DNA of 64,000 nt from TPA_inf: Saccharomyces. Its lineage: Eukaryota. Made by a program: the position numbers and the translations under genes. The notes under the pieces are model-generated. The model saw only the letters and a list, made by a program, of their open reading frames with translations, was not told the DNA's origin and searched no databases. The stretch's first letter is position 1, and the number at the start of each line of letters is the position of its first letter. The stretch is taken from NCBI GenBank assembly GCA_000146045.2, contig BK006938.2, positions 1,184,001 to 1,248,000 on the forward strand, read 5' to 3'. Shown here in pieces: positions 49,278-59,229 of this stretch.

Positions 49278-49517
49278 TCAATGTATATTCGTCAGTTCAG
49301 GGTGTGAAAAGGTGGCAATTTTTTTGTTTCCGACCCGTAACAAGTGTTCAATGGTGGTGAAGTCTTTTCTTGGCAAATTTCTATACTTCCCAAATTCTTC
49401 ATGAATATAATTCACAAAATTAACTTGGTTTTCCTTTGGTTTTGTATGAGCCGTTCGTATGGAAGCCCTATACAGGTGTAAGACTTCTTTTTGTAACCCA
49501 CTTAATCTCTTAGGCAT
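49278..49517 (-). CDS. SDH6: LYR-motif succinate dehydrogenase assembly factor, 79 aa
   Basis: MPKRLSGLQKEVLHLYRASIR... contains the LYR motif. Matches YDR379C-A. Confidence 0.8.
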   Translation of the reverse strand: MPKRLSGLQKEVLHLYRASIRTAHTKPKENQVNFVNYIHEEFGKYRNLPRKDFTTIEHLLRVGNKKIATFSHPELTNIH

Positions 49518-49862
49518 GCTCTTGGTATTGCGTCTCCTCTTCTTCTTGTGTGTTTAAGCTACATTATCTTTGTTAAGAATAATTTGGCGAACCCCTTTTT
49601 TTCTTCGGCTTTGCAAGGTTAATTAATTAACATCTACCAGTTTTACTACATTTTAGATTGGTTCGTCCACCGAAATTTAAAAAAGCAGGATTGAAAGCGT
49701 ACAACAACGTCTTAGCGAAAAAGATAATCCAAAATTCGATGCTTGTACACCTCATGTAGCTTCCTTATTAACATTTGGTAGTAGGCTTAGGCTATTTTTT
49801 GAAAAAGCCGTCATATATTACTTTGAGCCTTTGCGAATCCTCTCCAAAGTGTCGGTTACCTA

Positions 49863-49908
49863 CCGGGAGGGATAACCGCGGATAGCCGTCATTTACCGAA
49901 AATTGCCG
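49863..49908 (+). promoter_or_regulatory. Aro80 binding array: CCG repeats with exact 10-bp periodicity (CCG at 49876, 49886, 49896, 49906; a fifth at 49863), flanked by GATAA/GATAG
   Basis: taCCGggagggataaCCGcggatagCCGtcatttaCCGaaaattgCCGagg lies about 310 bp upstream of the ARO10 ATG. Confidence 0.6.
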
Positions 49909-50217
49909 AGGTCATGCTGAGCATTTGTCGTACTTTTGTGCGGCGGAGCTTTGATACCTTCGGTAAGTGTCGGTATGTAATAGGTTAGTGGCATCTTATT
50001 TATTGTGTTGAGTAAAGTTTAAGATATAAACTGGGCTAGTTTGCATCGTCACTACAGCGGCAGCTCACTTTCATTTTTTTTCTGCGTTTATTAATACTAC
50101 ATAAAATCTGATATAAAACATATTTAACTGATCAACCCTCTCAACTTGATACTCAAAACAAGTTGACGCGACTTCTGTAAAGTTTATTTACAAGATAACA
50201 AAGAAACTCCCTTAAGC

Positions 50218-52125
50218 ATGGCACCTGTTACAATTGAAAAGTTCGTAAATCAAGAAGAACGACACCTTGTTTCCAACCGATCAGCAACAATTCCGTTTGG
50301 TGAATACATATTTAAAAGATTGTTGTCCATCGATACGAAATCAGTTTTCGGTGTTCCTGGTGACTTCAACTTATCTCTATTAGAATATCTCTATTCACCT
50401 AGTGTTGAATCAGCTGGCCTAAGATGGGTCGGCACGTGTAATGAACTGAACGCCGCTTATGCGGCCGACGGATATTCCCGTTACTCTAATAAGATTGGCT
50501 GTTTAATAACCACGTATGGCGTTGGTGAATTAAGCGCCTTGAACGGTATAGCCGGTTCGTTCGCTGAAAATGTCAAAGTTTTGCACATTGTTGGTGTGGC
50601 CAAGTCCATAGATTCGCGTTCAAGTAACTTTAGTGATCGGAACCTACATCATTTGGTCCCACAGCTACATGATTCAAATTTTAAAGGGCCAAATCATAAA
50701 GTATATCATGATATGGTAAAAGATAGAGTCGCTTGCTCGGTAGCCTACTTGGAGGATATTGAAACTGCATGTGACCAAGTCGATAATGTTATCCGCGATA
50801 TTTACAAGTATTCTAAACCTGGTTATATTTTTGTTCCTGCAGATTTTGCGGATATGTCTGTTACATGTGATAATTTGGTTAATGTTCCACGTATATCTCA
50901 ACAAGATTGTATAGTATACCCTTCTGAAAACCAATTGTCTGACATAATCAACAAGATTACTAGTTGGATATATTCCAGTAAAACACCTGCGATCCTTGGA
51001 GACGTACTGACTGATAGGTATGGTGTGAGTAACTTTTTGAACAAGCTTATCTGCAAAACTGGGATTTGGAATTTTTCCACTGTTATGGGAAAATCTGTAA
51101 TTGATGAGTCAAACCCAACTTATATGGGTCAATATAATGGTAAAGAAGGTTTAAAACAAGTCTATGAACATTTTGAACTGTGCGACTTGGTCTTGCATTT
51201 TGGAGTCGACATCAATGAAATTAATAATGGGCATTATACTTTTACTTATAAACCAAATGCTAAAATCATTCAATTTCATCCGAATTATATTCGCCTTGTG
51301 GACACTAGGCAGGGCAATGAGCAAATGTTCAAAGGAATCAATTTTGCCCCTATTTTAAAAGAACTATACAAGCGCATTGACGTTTCTAAACTTTCTTTGC
51401 AATATGATTCAAATGTAACTCAATATACGAACGAAACAATGCGGTTAGAAGATCCTACCAATGGACAATCAAGCATTATTACACAAGTTCACTTACAAAA
51501 GACGATGCCTAAATTTTTGAACCCTGGTGATGTTGTCGTTTGTGAAACAGGCTCTTTTCAATTCTCTGTTCGTGATTTCGCGTTTCCTTCGCAATTAAAA
51601 TATATATCGCAAGGATTTTTCCTTTCCATTGGCATGGCCCTTCCTGCCGCCCTAGGTGTTGGAATTGCCATGCAAGACCACTCAAACGCTCACATCAATG
51701 GTGGCAACGTAAAAGAGGACTATAAGCCAAGATTAATTTTGTTTGAAGGTGACGGTGCAGCACAGATGACAATCCAAGAACTGAGCACCATTCTGAAGTG
51801 CAATATTCCACTAGAAGTTATCATTTGGAACAATAACGGCTACACTATTGAAAGAGCCATCATGGGCCCTACCAGGTCGTATAACGACGTTATGTCTTGG
51901 AAATGGACCAAACTATTTGAAGCATTCGGAGACTTCGACGGAAAGTATACTAATAGCACTCTCATTCAATGTCCCTCTAAATTAGCACTGAAATTGGAGG
52001 AGCTTAAGAATTCAAACAAAAGAAGCGGGATAGAACTTTTAGAAGTCAAATTAGGCGAATTGGATTTCCCCGAACAGCTAAAGTGCATGGTTGAAGCAGC
52101 GGCACTTAAAAGAAATAAAAAATAG
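50218..52125 (+). CDS. ARO10: Phenylpyruvate decarboxylase (TPP-dependent, Ehrlich pathway), 635 aa
   Basis: 635-aa ORF with a TPP-binding fold (GDGAAQMTIQE...NNNGYTIER). Matches Aro10. Confidence 0.9.
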   Translation: MAPVTIEKFVNQEERHLVSNRSATIPFGEYIFKRLLSIDTKSVFGVPGDFNLSLLEYLYSPSVESAGLRWVGTCNELNAAYAADGYSRYSNKIGCLITTYGVGELSALNGIAGSFAENVKVLHIVGVAKSIDSRSSNFSDRNLHHLVPQLHDSNFKGPNHKVYHDMVKDRVACSVAYLEDIETACDQVDNVIRDIYKYSKPGYIFVPADFADMSVTCDNLVNVPRISQQDCIVYPSENQLSDIINKITSWIYSSKTPAILGDVLTDRYGVSNFLNKLICKTGIWNFSTVMGKSVIDESNPTYMGQYNGKEGLKQVYEHFELCDLVLHFGVDINEINNGHYTFTYKPNAKIIQFHPNYIRLVDTRQGNEQMFKGINFAPILKELYKRIDVSKLSLQYDSNVTQYTNETMRLEDPTNGQSSIITQVHLQKTMPKFLNPGDVVVCETGSFQFSVRDFAFPSQLKYISQGFFLSIGMALPAALGVGIAMQDHSNAHINGGNVKEDYKPRLILFEGDGAAQMTIQELSTILKCNIPLEVIIWNNNGYTIERAIMGPTRSYNDVMSWKWTKLFEAFGDFDGKYTNSTLIQCPSKLALKLEELKNSNKRSGIELLEVKLGELDFPEQLKCMVEAAALKRNKK

Positions 52126-52557
52126 AAACTTGTGGGCGCAATTATAAAACACTGCTACCAATTGTTCGTTTTCTGTTCATTAACACATAAAAAACCCTTA
52201 TGTAACTATATTTACAAAGTAAATACGTATATTAAAGCTATTTTACCACTACCACAGAGTTCTTTGTCCAGTTGCTAGTATTTTTTTTTTCGCGACGAGG
52301 CAGGGGCGGGGAGACGTGTTGTTTTTCCACGGCTTTCGGCTCACCACTTGAAGAACTATAAAAGGCCGCCAAATTTATCCTTTTTCACTTCTTCCGTTCG
52401 CTTTTTTCTGTCATTCCTATCGTGTGTTTAGTAGTAGGTTTTTTTGTTAGAAGAAGTTTTATCCGAAAACTATCGAAGACAAATAGATAAAAAAATCTCC
52501 CTCGTTCTATTTGAAACTTTAAGAAATCCATATTAAGAAAATACCTACATCTGCTAA

Positions 52558-54004
52558 ATGTCTGCTAACTTAGATAAATCCTTAGACGAAATCATTGGCT
52601 CTAACAAAGCAGGAAGTAATAGAGCCCGTGTCGGTGGTACTCGTGGTAACGGTCCAAGAAGAGTTGGTAAGCAAGTTGGTAGCCAACGTAGGAGCCTTCC
52701 AAACAGAAGAGGCCCTATCAGAAAAAATACTAGGGCACCTCCAAACGCAGTCGCTAGAGTTGCCAAGCTCTTGGACACCACTAGAGAGGTCAAGGTCAAC
52801 GTCGAAGGTTTGCCAAGGGACATTAAGCAGGATGCTGTAAGAGTATGTTAATACGTGAAATGAGAGCTATTTGTTTAGTTACTCGCATCGTCTCGTGTGG
52901 ATACGAGAAATATTCTTTGTAAGGAAGGATATGGCACACGCTTTTGATCAAGAATTCTCTTTTTAGAGATGAAGAAAGAGTCCGAAATACTTCGCTAGAG
53001 AAAATACAAAAAGAGTATCGTTTTCATAAGCCAACCATACCAATTTTTTTCAATACTTCAAATCATGGCCTATAAGGTTGGAATTACCAGCTACCACTGA
53101 GAATGGGTTTGTTCTTATTGGCTGGGTTAACTCAAATCAATCTGACTATCTGCTAATCTGTCAATCTTACATTTTTAAGCTGGCGTATTGTGTCGCCTCG
53201 ACCGTGATAGTTAGTTCCTATTTTTAATAAGCGTATCATCCAATACTGAAGTTGTGGAAGGATCAATTAATTTTGTATCCTTTCAAGAGGGAGTAGCTTT
53301 CAGTTTCGAATGGCACCATTTTCAAAAAATAGCTATGGGAAACATGTCTTTCATGAACGTTCGAAAAGATATGAGTGCATCGCTTCATTTTTTTATTATG
53401 ATAGTTACAAAAATATTTGATTTGAGACACCTAATGAAACCAAAGAGGAACTCACCCATCGTGGTACATGTTTATTTGAGGGTTTATTTTTCCTACGCAA
53501 TGGTATACTTTTAATACTCTCAACTCCTTGATTGTTTGTGTATTGTCCCTTCCTTCTTTGATTTTATATCATAGAGATATATGACTAACTTTTTTTTTTT
53601 TATTATAGGAATTTTTTGCATCTCAAGTAGGTGGTGTTCAAAGAGTTTTGTTGAGTTATAACGAAAGGGGCCAATCTACTGGTATGGCTAACATCACATT
53701 CAAAAACGGTGAATTGGCCAGAAGGGCTGTTGAAAGATTTAACGGCTCTCCAATCGATGGAGGCAGATCAAGATTGAGACTTAACCTAATCGTTGATCCA
53801 AACCAACGCCCAGTCAAAAGTTTAGCCGACAGGATCAAGGCTATGCCACAAAAAGGCGGAAACGCTCCAAGACCAGTAAAGAGGGGTCCAAATAGAAAAG
53901 CTGCTATGGCAAAATCCCAAAACAAACCAAAGAGAGAAAAGCCTGCTAAGAAAAGTCTTGAAGATCTGGACAAGGAAATGGCGGACTATTTCGAAAAGAA
54001 ATAA
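52558..54004 (+). CDS. YRA1: mRNA export adaptor (REF/Aly family RRM protein), spliced: exon 1 52558-52842, 766-nt intron 52843-53608, exon 2 53609-54004; 226 aa
   Basis: GTATGT donor at 52843, non-consensus branch point GACTAAC at 53583-53589, and a T-rich tract plus TATTATAG acceptor ending at 53608. Exon 2 continues in frame as EFFASQVGGVQRVLLSYNERGQSTGMANITF... Confidence 0.85.
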
Positions 54005-54311
54005 TTAATTGTCAATTTTTTGTTTGATTTAATTTGGTTTTATTAAATTTAATTTTTCCGAGTTTCATTATGTATTAGTTTCCAGAAAATTTAAAGGATT
54101 AAAAAATGTATTAATAAAACTTTGATATGTTTATGTAATAATATTTACCACCGCCACTAGGTGACGCTAACCTACTCATCGGTGACGGCTTTTCTCACTT
54201 TTAAAGTTTATTCGGCATATTTGACTCATAATATGTCACTATTTACAGTGCGATGAATATATATATACATAATACTGCATTGAAAAAATGGATAGGTTGA
54301 TTAAACGTGTG

Positions 54312-54850
54312 TTACTCGTTTCTCCTCCTATCTAAAAAACCTAATTTGTCACCTCTTTTTCTTGTTACAGCACTAAGCCCGCTACCTTCATATTTACTCT
54401 TTCTTACTAATTGATGGTCCTCAGAGCAATCAATGTTGTCTCCTCCATCTTTAGGTATGGGGAACCCTGGTTTGACTTGAGCAAGGTTATCATAATAGTT
54501 TTTTTCATTCACTTCACCATTGTTTCCCCGCGCCTTTGGTATAAATTTAGCATCTCTTCTAGCTTTCACTATGGTCTTGACCACATAAATAGACGCAATC
54601 CCGGCTGCAGAAATGTATAGTAAATTCTTACTGTTGAAATCGCATTGGTAGTGTTTTCCTACTTTCGTCTTCACTTTGGTTATATATATGGTGCAATCAA
54701 ACTCTGCTTCAAGGGATAGGCCAATAAGGAAATAACCAAAAAAGAAGTCCGGGAAATAGAAAAAGATATCCAATGTTAGTTTAGGCTTTACGAATAGATG
54801 TTTCCCTATTTCTTTTACACATACCCTATATTTTGAAATGGATTTGACAT
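54312..54850 (-). CDS. Small mitochondrial-type protein YDR381C-A, spliced on minus strand: exon 1 54850-54825 (MSNPFQNIG), intron 54824-54631, exon 2 54630-54312; about 114 aa
   Basis: The minus-strand donor GTATGT is the reverse complement of acatac at 54819-54824. The acceptor AACAG ends at 54631. Exon 2 joins in frame to ...KNLLYISAAGIASIYVVKTIVKARRD... Confidence 0.65.
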
Positions 54851-55029
54851 TGTATACTTAGTACGGCTCAAAGAATGAAATATTACTATATTTATCTCTT
54901 CATCTGCCTTGATTTTTTTATATGCAAGCAGGACGCTCGGGTTTGTAAGGAGGAAGATTGAAAAGGATGTCTTCAACTAAAAGGCGAAGAAGGAAGCGAC
55001 ACATTTGTGATGCTTTGAGGTCAGTAATG

Positions 55030-55032
<3 letters not shown>

Positions 55033-55060
<28 letters not shown>
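55033..55060. repeat. (TA)14 microsatellite in the YDR381C-A / RPP2B intergenic region
   Basis: An uninterrupted run of tatata... Confidence 0.8.
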
Positions 55061-55067
<7 letters not shown>

Positions 55068-55491
55068 GTGTAACTGCTCTTATTTATCTTGTCTATTCGA
55101 ACCCAACAAAAAAGGCTGCAGTGGGAATCTGTTCATGTGGCTGTATCACAACCAAGGGCTACCGTTTAAGAATACTGGAGAGCTCTTGTCGTCTCTAATT
55201 TTATGATCACGTGCCCATTCTAGTCATTACGCAGGTAATGCGAAAATTACAGTATGGATCGTGTAAAGTTACCAAGCAGAAAAATTGTAATAATTTTCTT
55301 TTTCCAAATTTTCTCGGTATCTGAAATTTTTCATTTAAGAGATGATATTTGGACTTACTCTAAACTATTACTTTACGTATCTTTGATTTAACTTCCAGTT
55401 ACAGATCGTTAAGGAATAGTCCGCGAATTTATTACCGCTTAAACTGATTATTTCAAATATAGAAAGTAATATCTATTAATCAACAACAGAA

Positions 55492-55824
55492 ATGAAATAC
55501 TTAGCTGCTTACTTATTATTGGTTCAAGGTGGTAACGCTGCCCCATCCGCCGCTGACATCAAGGCCGTCGTCGAATCTGTCGGTGCTGAAGTCGATGAAG
55601 CCAGAATCAACGAATTGTTGTCCTCTTTGGAAGGTAAGGGCTCTTTGGAAGAAATCATCGCTGAAGGTCAAAAGAAGTTCGCTACTGTTCCAACTGGTGG
55701 TGCTTCTTCTGCTGCTGCCGGTGCTGCCGGTGCTGCTGCCGGTGGTGATGCTGCTGAAGAAGAAAAGGAAGAAGAAGCTAAGGAAGAATCTGATGATGAC
55801 ATGGGTTTTGGTTTATTCGATTAA
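55492..55824 (+). CDS. RPP2B: Ribosomal stalk acidic protein P2-beta, 110 aa
   Basis: [24 protein letters not shown]... with an Ala/Gly hinge and the conserved C-terminal [13 protein letters not shown]. Codon usage is strongly biased. Confidence 0.93.
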   Translation: MKYLAAYLLLVQGGNAAPSAADIKAVVESVGAEVDEARINELLSSLEGKGSLEEIIAEGQKKFATVPTGGASSAAAGAAGAAAGGDAAEEEKEEEAKEESDDDMGFGLFD

Positions 55825-55959
55825 GGAATTTAATTAATAAACAATTTTCTTGTTTTCCTTCATTTTACAAAATCTGGTGTAAATCCTCGATTCCATTGTG
55901 ATTTAAAAATAATTAATTACTGTATAAGATTCTATATAGACAATTAATTGAAAATAGTA

Positions 55960-56676
55960 TTACTTCTTTAACTCGCTTAGGATTTTTTTTATTTTTTCTC
56001 TCTTTTCCGGAGAATTGCCAAATGTTTTCACGGCCTCTTCCAATAATAGCTTCATTTCTTCCAACGCAACTACTAGTTTCCCATTGTAAGTGGCGAAGTA
56101 CTCGCTGATATCATCATCTTCAGAAGCTTCTTTAATGGAAGTTGTTAAAGAATTTATAGAATTTGTTTGGCTCAGAATATCTGATAATTTACTTTCGCCT
56201 ATTTGGAGAGCCTGACATTTCAGTATTAAATCTTTCCTTAAATTACTATACTCGCTTAGAACTTTGAGATCATTTTCCACTTCAACTTCCTCTTCGTCTG
56301 CTACTTCCATCTGCGGCAGCTTCAACACATCTTCAATTAATCTCTCTATCGATGTACTCTGAGGTTCACCCTCAACTCTATTTCTTAGTTCACTTCCAAG
56401 AGAGTACTTTGGTATGTCTCCAACAAGTTCCATTATCTGCTGCGATTGACTGGCTCTCAATTCAGACTCGTTATCGTATATCTCTTTGCTCAGTAAGTCT
56501 TGTTTTCCCCTGCTCATGGCATCCTTTCTCTTTTCAATTACTTGAGCCTTTAGTAATCTGCACACTTCATTTGGTAATTCGCCTGCTAGGTCATCCATGA
56601 GGTAGTCATCACTCGACAGCAGTGCGGTCAATTCATTTTCTATAAAATTGGATATGCTATTATATGTGTCTGTCAT
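55960..56676 (-). CDS. NKP1: Non-essential kinetochore protein, 238 aa from MTDTYNSISNF
   Basis: The track ORF is 252 aa. The known product begins at the Met 14 codons in. Confidence 0.78.
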   Translation of the reverse strand: MTDTYNSISNFIENELTALLSSDDYLMDDLAGELPNEVCRLLKAQVIEKRKDAMSRGKQDLLSKEIYDNESELRASQSQQIMELVGDIPKYSLGSELRNRVEGEPQSTSIERLIEDVLKLPQMEVADEEEVEVENDLKVLSEYSNLRKDLILKCQALQIGESKLSDILSQTNSINSLTTSIKEASEDDDISEYFATYNGKLVVALEEMKLLLEEAVKTFGNSPEKREKIKKILSELKK

Positions 56677-57203
56677 CTTATTCCTACAATCTATTGTTGC
56701 TTTAGTTTCTGTGCACATTTACCAAAAATATTTCTTCGCATGTAGATTTACCTCTTTTCCCCTGTGACGCGTCATCGTTTTTATATCACCTTTGAACAAA
56801 GCAATATATCTGTACTCAAAAGGTACAAACGAAAGTTTTGTTCACGAGAAAGAGATATTTTACATGCGAATTAAATCTTGATTGCCTGAATTCTTCACTA
56901 TTTTATGATTTTTCCCTTCCTTCTTGAAATTTGATTTATATTTAGTCCAAATATTACAGAAAAAAAAAAAAAAGATGCCTAAGCCTTGGGTCTTATTTCG
57001 AACAAATCCATCCATCGGTAACAATTCAAAAAAAGAATATTTCGTCTCGAACAATTTGCTAAGTATTGTGGGTAAATGATATATAAATTTTTATAAAAAC
57101 TCTTGGCCAAGAAAAAAAAAAAAGACTATGTCTAAACGTAACGTTATCATTATTATTAAATCATTTTAATGTTTTATAAGTTTTGTTTTTCATTTCATAC
57201 CCT

Positions 57204-58031
57204 TTAAGGAGCATTTGGCATTGTGTGCGCCCTGAAGGCTAAATAAGAATTTGAAGGACTCACCACAGAACAGTATAGCGAATACCAACCGCAGCAACTA
57301 CTTAAAATTCCAAAATAGCCACCGGCCATTTTGAGATTGTTGTTGTCAATGAAGGTGCCGATACACAGTAGTAGGAAGGTAAGATCCAAAAACGTCAATA
57401 GTAAGAACAAACCCCACGTGCTCTTCAATGTACACATCAACATCAAGAAGGTGAAAACGGTCCAGCCCGCAAGGAAGAACCCAATGACATTGTTCAACAT
57501 TGTGGGATCGGTATAGCCGCTGACCAAATTATCAGTATCTGTTAGCCCATAACCGTAGCAGATCCAGAACCCGCCGAAAGAACTGAACACAGTCATGGCG
57601 TATGTGTCCCCAATGACAAAACACAATAACCCGGCAAACAATTCAATGGCACCACCAAAAAACATAAACAAACTTAGCGCCCATTTACCATCAGTGACGC
57701 CGCGAACGTTCGCATTAATTAGCGACAGAACTAGACATGACAGAGAAAACGATGCGAGACCCAAAGGAACCGGATTAGCGAACTGGTGCGGAGTATACTT
57801 TGCACAGTTTCCTTCCTCCCCATCCCCTCTGTCTAGTGCATTGAGCAAATCTCTGCGCCTGTAGGTGGAGGATCCTAGAGTAATGAAGTCTCTGTCGGAG
57901 TATATCTCTTGAATATTAGGGAAGCCCTGCGAAACGCCTGCAATCGAACCCTGCTGGGGGAGCGTCTCAATATTTTCTAGAGTGTTCACACCCTTTTCCA
58001 AATCCTGTGGAGAAGAAGCAGACGATGTCAT
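57204..58031 (-). CDS. ATO3: Plasma membrane ammonia/acetate transporter family (GPR1/FUN34/YaaH), 275 aa
   Basis: 275-aa ORF with 6 TM segments and the NPAPLGL-like family signature (ANPVPLGLASF). Confidence 0.9.
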   Translation of the reverse strand: MTSSASSPQDLEKGVNTLENIETLPQQGSIAGVSQGFPNIQEIYSDRDFITLGSSTYRRRDLLNALDRGDGEEGNCAKYTPHQFANPVPLGLASFSLSCLVLSLINANVRGVTDGKWALSLFMFFGGAIELFAGLLCFVIGDTYAMTVFSSFGGFWICYGYGLTDTDNLVSGYTDPTMLNNVIGFFLAGWTVFTFLMLMCTLKSTWGLFLLLTFLDLTFLLLCIGTFIDNNNLKMAGGYFGILSSCCGWYSLYCSVVSPSNSYLAFRAHTMPNAP

Positions 58032-58197
58032 TTTAACCAGTATTTTTATTTTTTATTCTTACTAAATCTTTCTGGGAATGTATTCAGTTATATGTGACCC
58101 AACTGTTTATAAAACTGGGGGAATATTAGGCAATCAAGCGAAGCTCATCGATGAGTATTCAATTTGCTAAAAAGTTGTTTTATTTAAATATTCCTTC

Positions 58198-58204
58198 TGA
58201 GTCA
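58198..58204. promoter_or_regulatory. Palindromic Gcn4/AP-1 site TGAGTCA about 170 bp upstream of ATO3 ATG
   Basis: Exact TGAGTCA at cttcTGAGTCAcgg. Confidence 0.5.
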
Positions 58205-58544
58205 CGGTCATCGTGAATAGCGTTAAAATTCTCAAATCCATTGGTGTTTCCATTAGGCCCTGAGCGGTTCCCCAAGAAAAAAAAAAACAGTAGAAAAAAA
58301 TGATGCTTCTTCCTAACGCTATTGTAGTGCAGGTTCTGCCGTGTGCCAAGTTGGAGCAGCGCCTGCTGAGACTCTTCCGTATGGTTCTTGCTCTTCTCAG
58401 GACCAGCGGCGGCAGTTCCGGTTTTTTTCGGCGTCTTTTGTCTGGCACACAATGGGCGATGGAGAGGGAAAACCGGAGGATATGCCAGCTGCGGTGAGAT
58501 TATGGTTGGAGTTATGTTTGTAGCCGGCGGTGCGGCAATAGGAG

Positions 58545-58565
58545 AGGGGAGGGGAAGGGGAGGGG
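58545..58565. promoter_or_regulatory. Cluster of four AGGGG (STRE, Msn2/4) motifs forming a perfect G4 motif GGGGAGGGGAAGGGGAGGGG, within a GC-rich island (58300-58600)
   Basis: The sequence ggagaggggaggggaaggggaggggaaaag lies about 520 bp upstream of ATO3 and about 670 bp upstream of EFT2. Confidence 0.5.
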
Positions 58566-59229
58566 AAAAGGTAATGGCTGACGAAGTATAGAGATGGCAA
58601 TCACAAGCCAAATATTGGAGATTACATGCAAGAATGCTACTGTTATACAAAAGGGTGAAAATTGAGACCCAAATTCCTTCCTTTTTTTTCTTTTTTTTTT
58701 ACCAGAAGAATTACGTACAAAAGTACCTACTATTTCAAAGCAAGAAATGAGATGCCTATTGTGGTTATATACAGAATAGATGATAAATGGGTTTTCCGTG
58801 CAAAACGATATGGAGAATTCAAAATGGGTGCGAAATACCTGGAACGTAAGCGTTCTGAGAAATACACAGACGCATTAACCTGACAAAAACACAACTAGTT
58901 TGGGAAAGGGATTTGGTCTTTCCTCTCGGGTCTCTCGTGTGGTTCCTTTCTTTCTCAGATCTCCCTGCACACTGGGCTGTTGTCCTCCAGGTTATGGTTT
59001 GTTCTCTTCAGGTATTACAATGCAGTAGGCTTTTGGAGTGAGCAAAACGAAGAGAGAAAAAAATTTTTTCTTAAAAGTTTTTTTTCATTTTGTGAGCTTA
59101 TTCTTCTTTTCTATATATTCTTGATATCTTAGATTATACATATTATTCTCTTACATTTCACGATTGCCCTTTTGGTGTTTAGCATTCAGACTCAAAGACC
59201 ACAAACACAAACTATAACATAATTGCAAG

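Noticed and set aside
53254-53514. 86-aa ORF inside the YRA1 intron
   Set aside because: It lies within a spliced-out intron and has no codon bias, so it is a chance ORF.
58180-58650. 156-aa minus-strand ORF and several overlapping 60-93 aa ORFs in the ATO3 upstream GC-rich island
   Set aside because: The open frames are explained by local GC-richness, which lowers stop-codon frequency. The frames overlap each other on both strands and lack codon bias, so I interpreted the region as regulatory (see finding).
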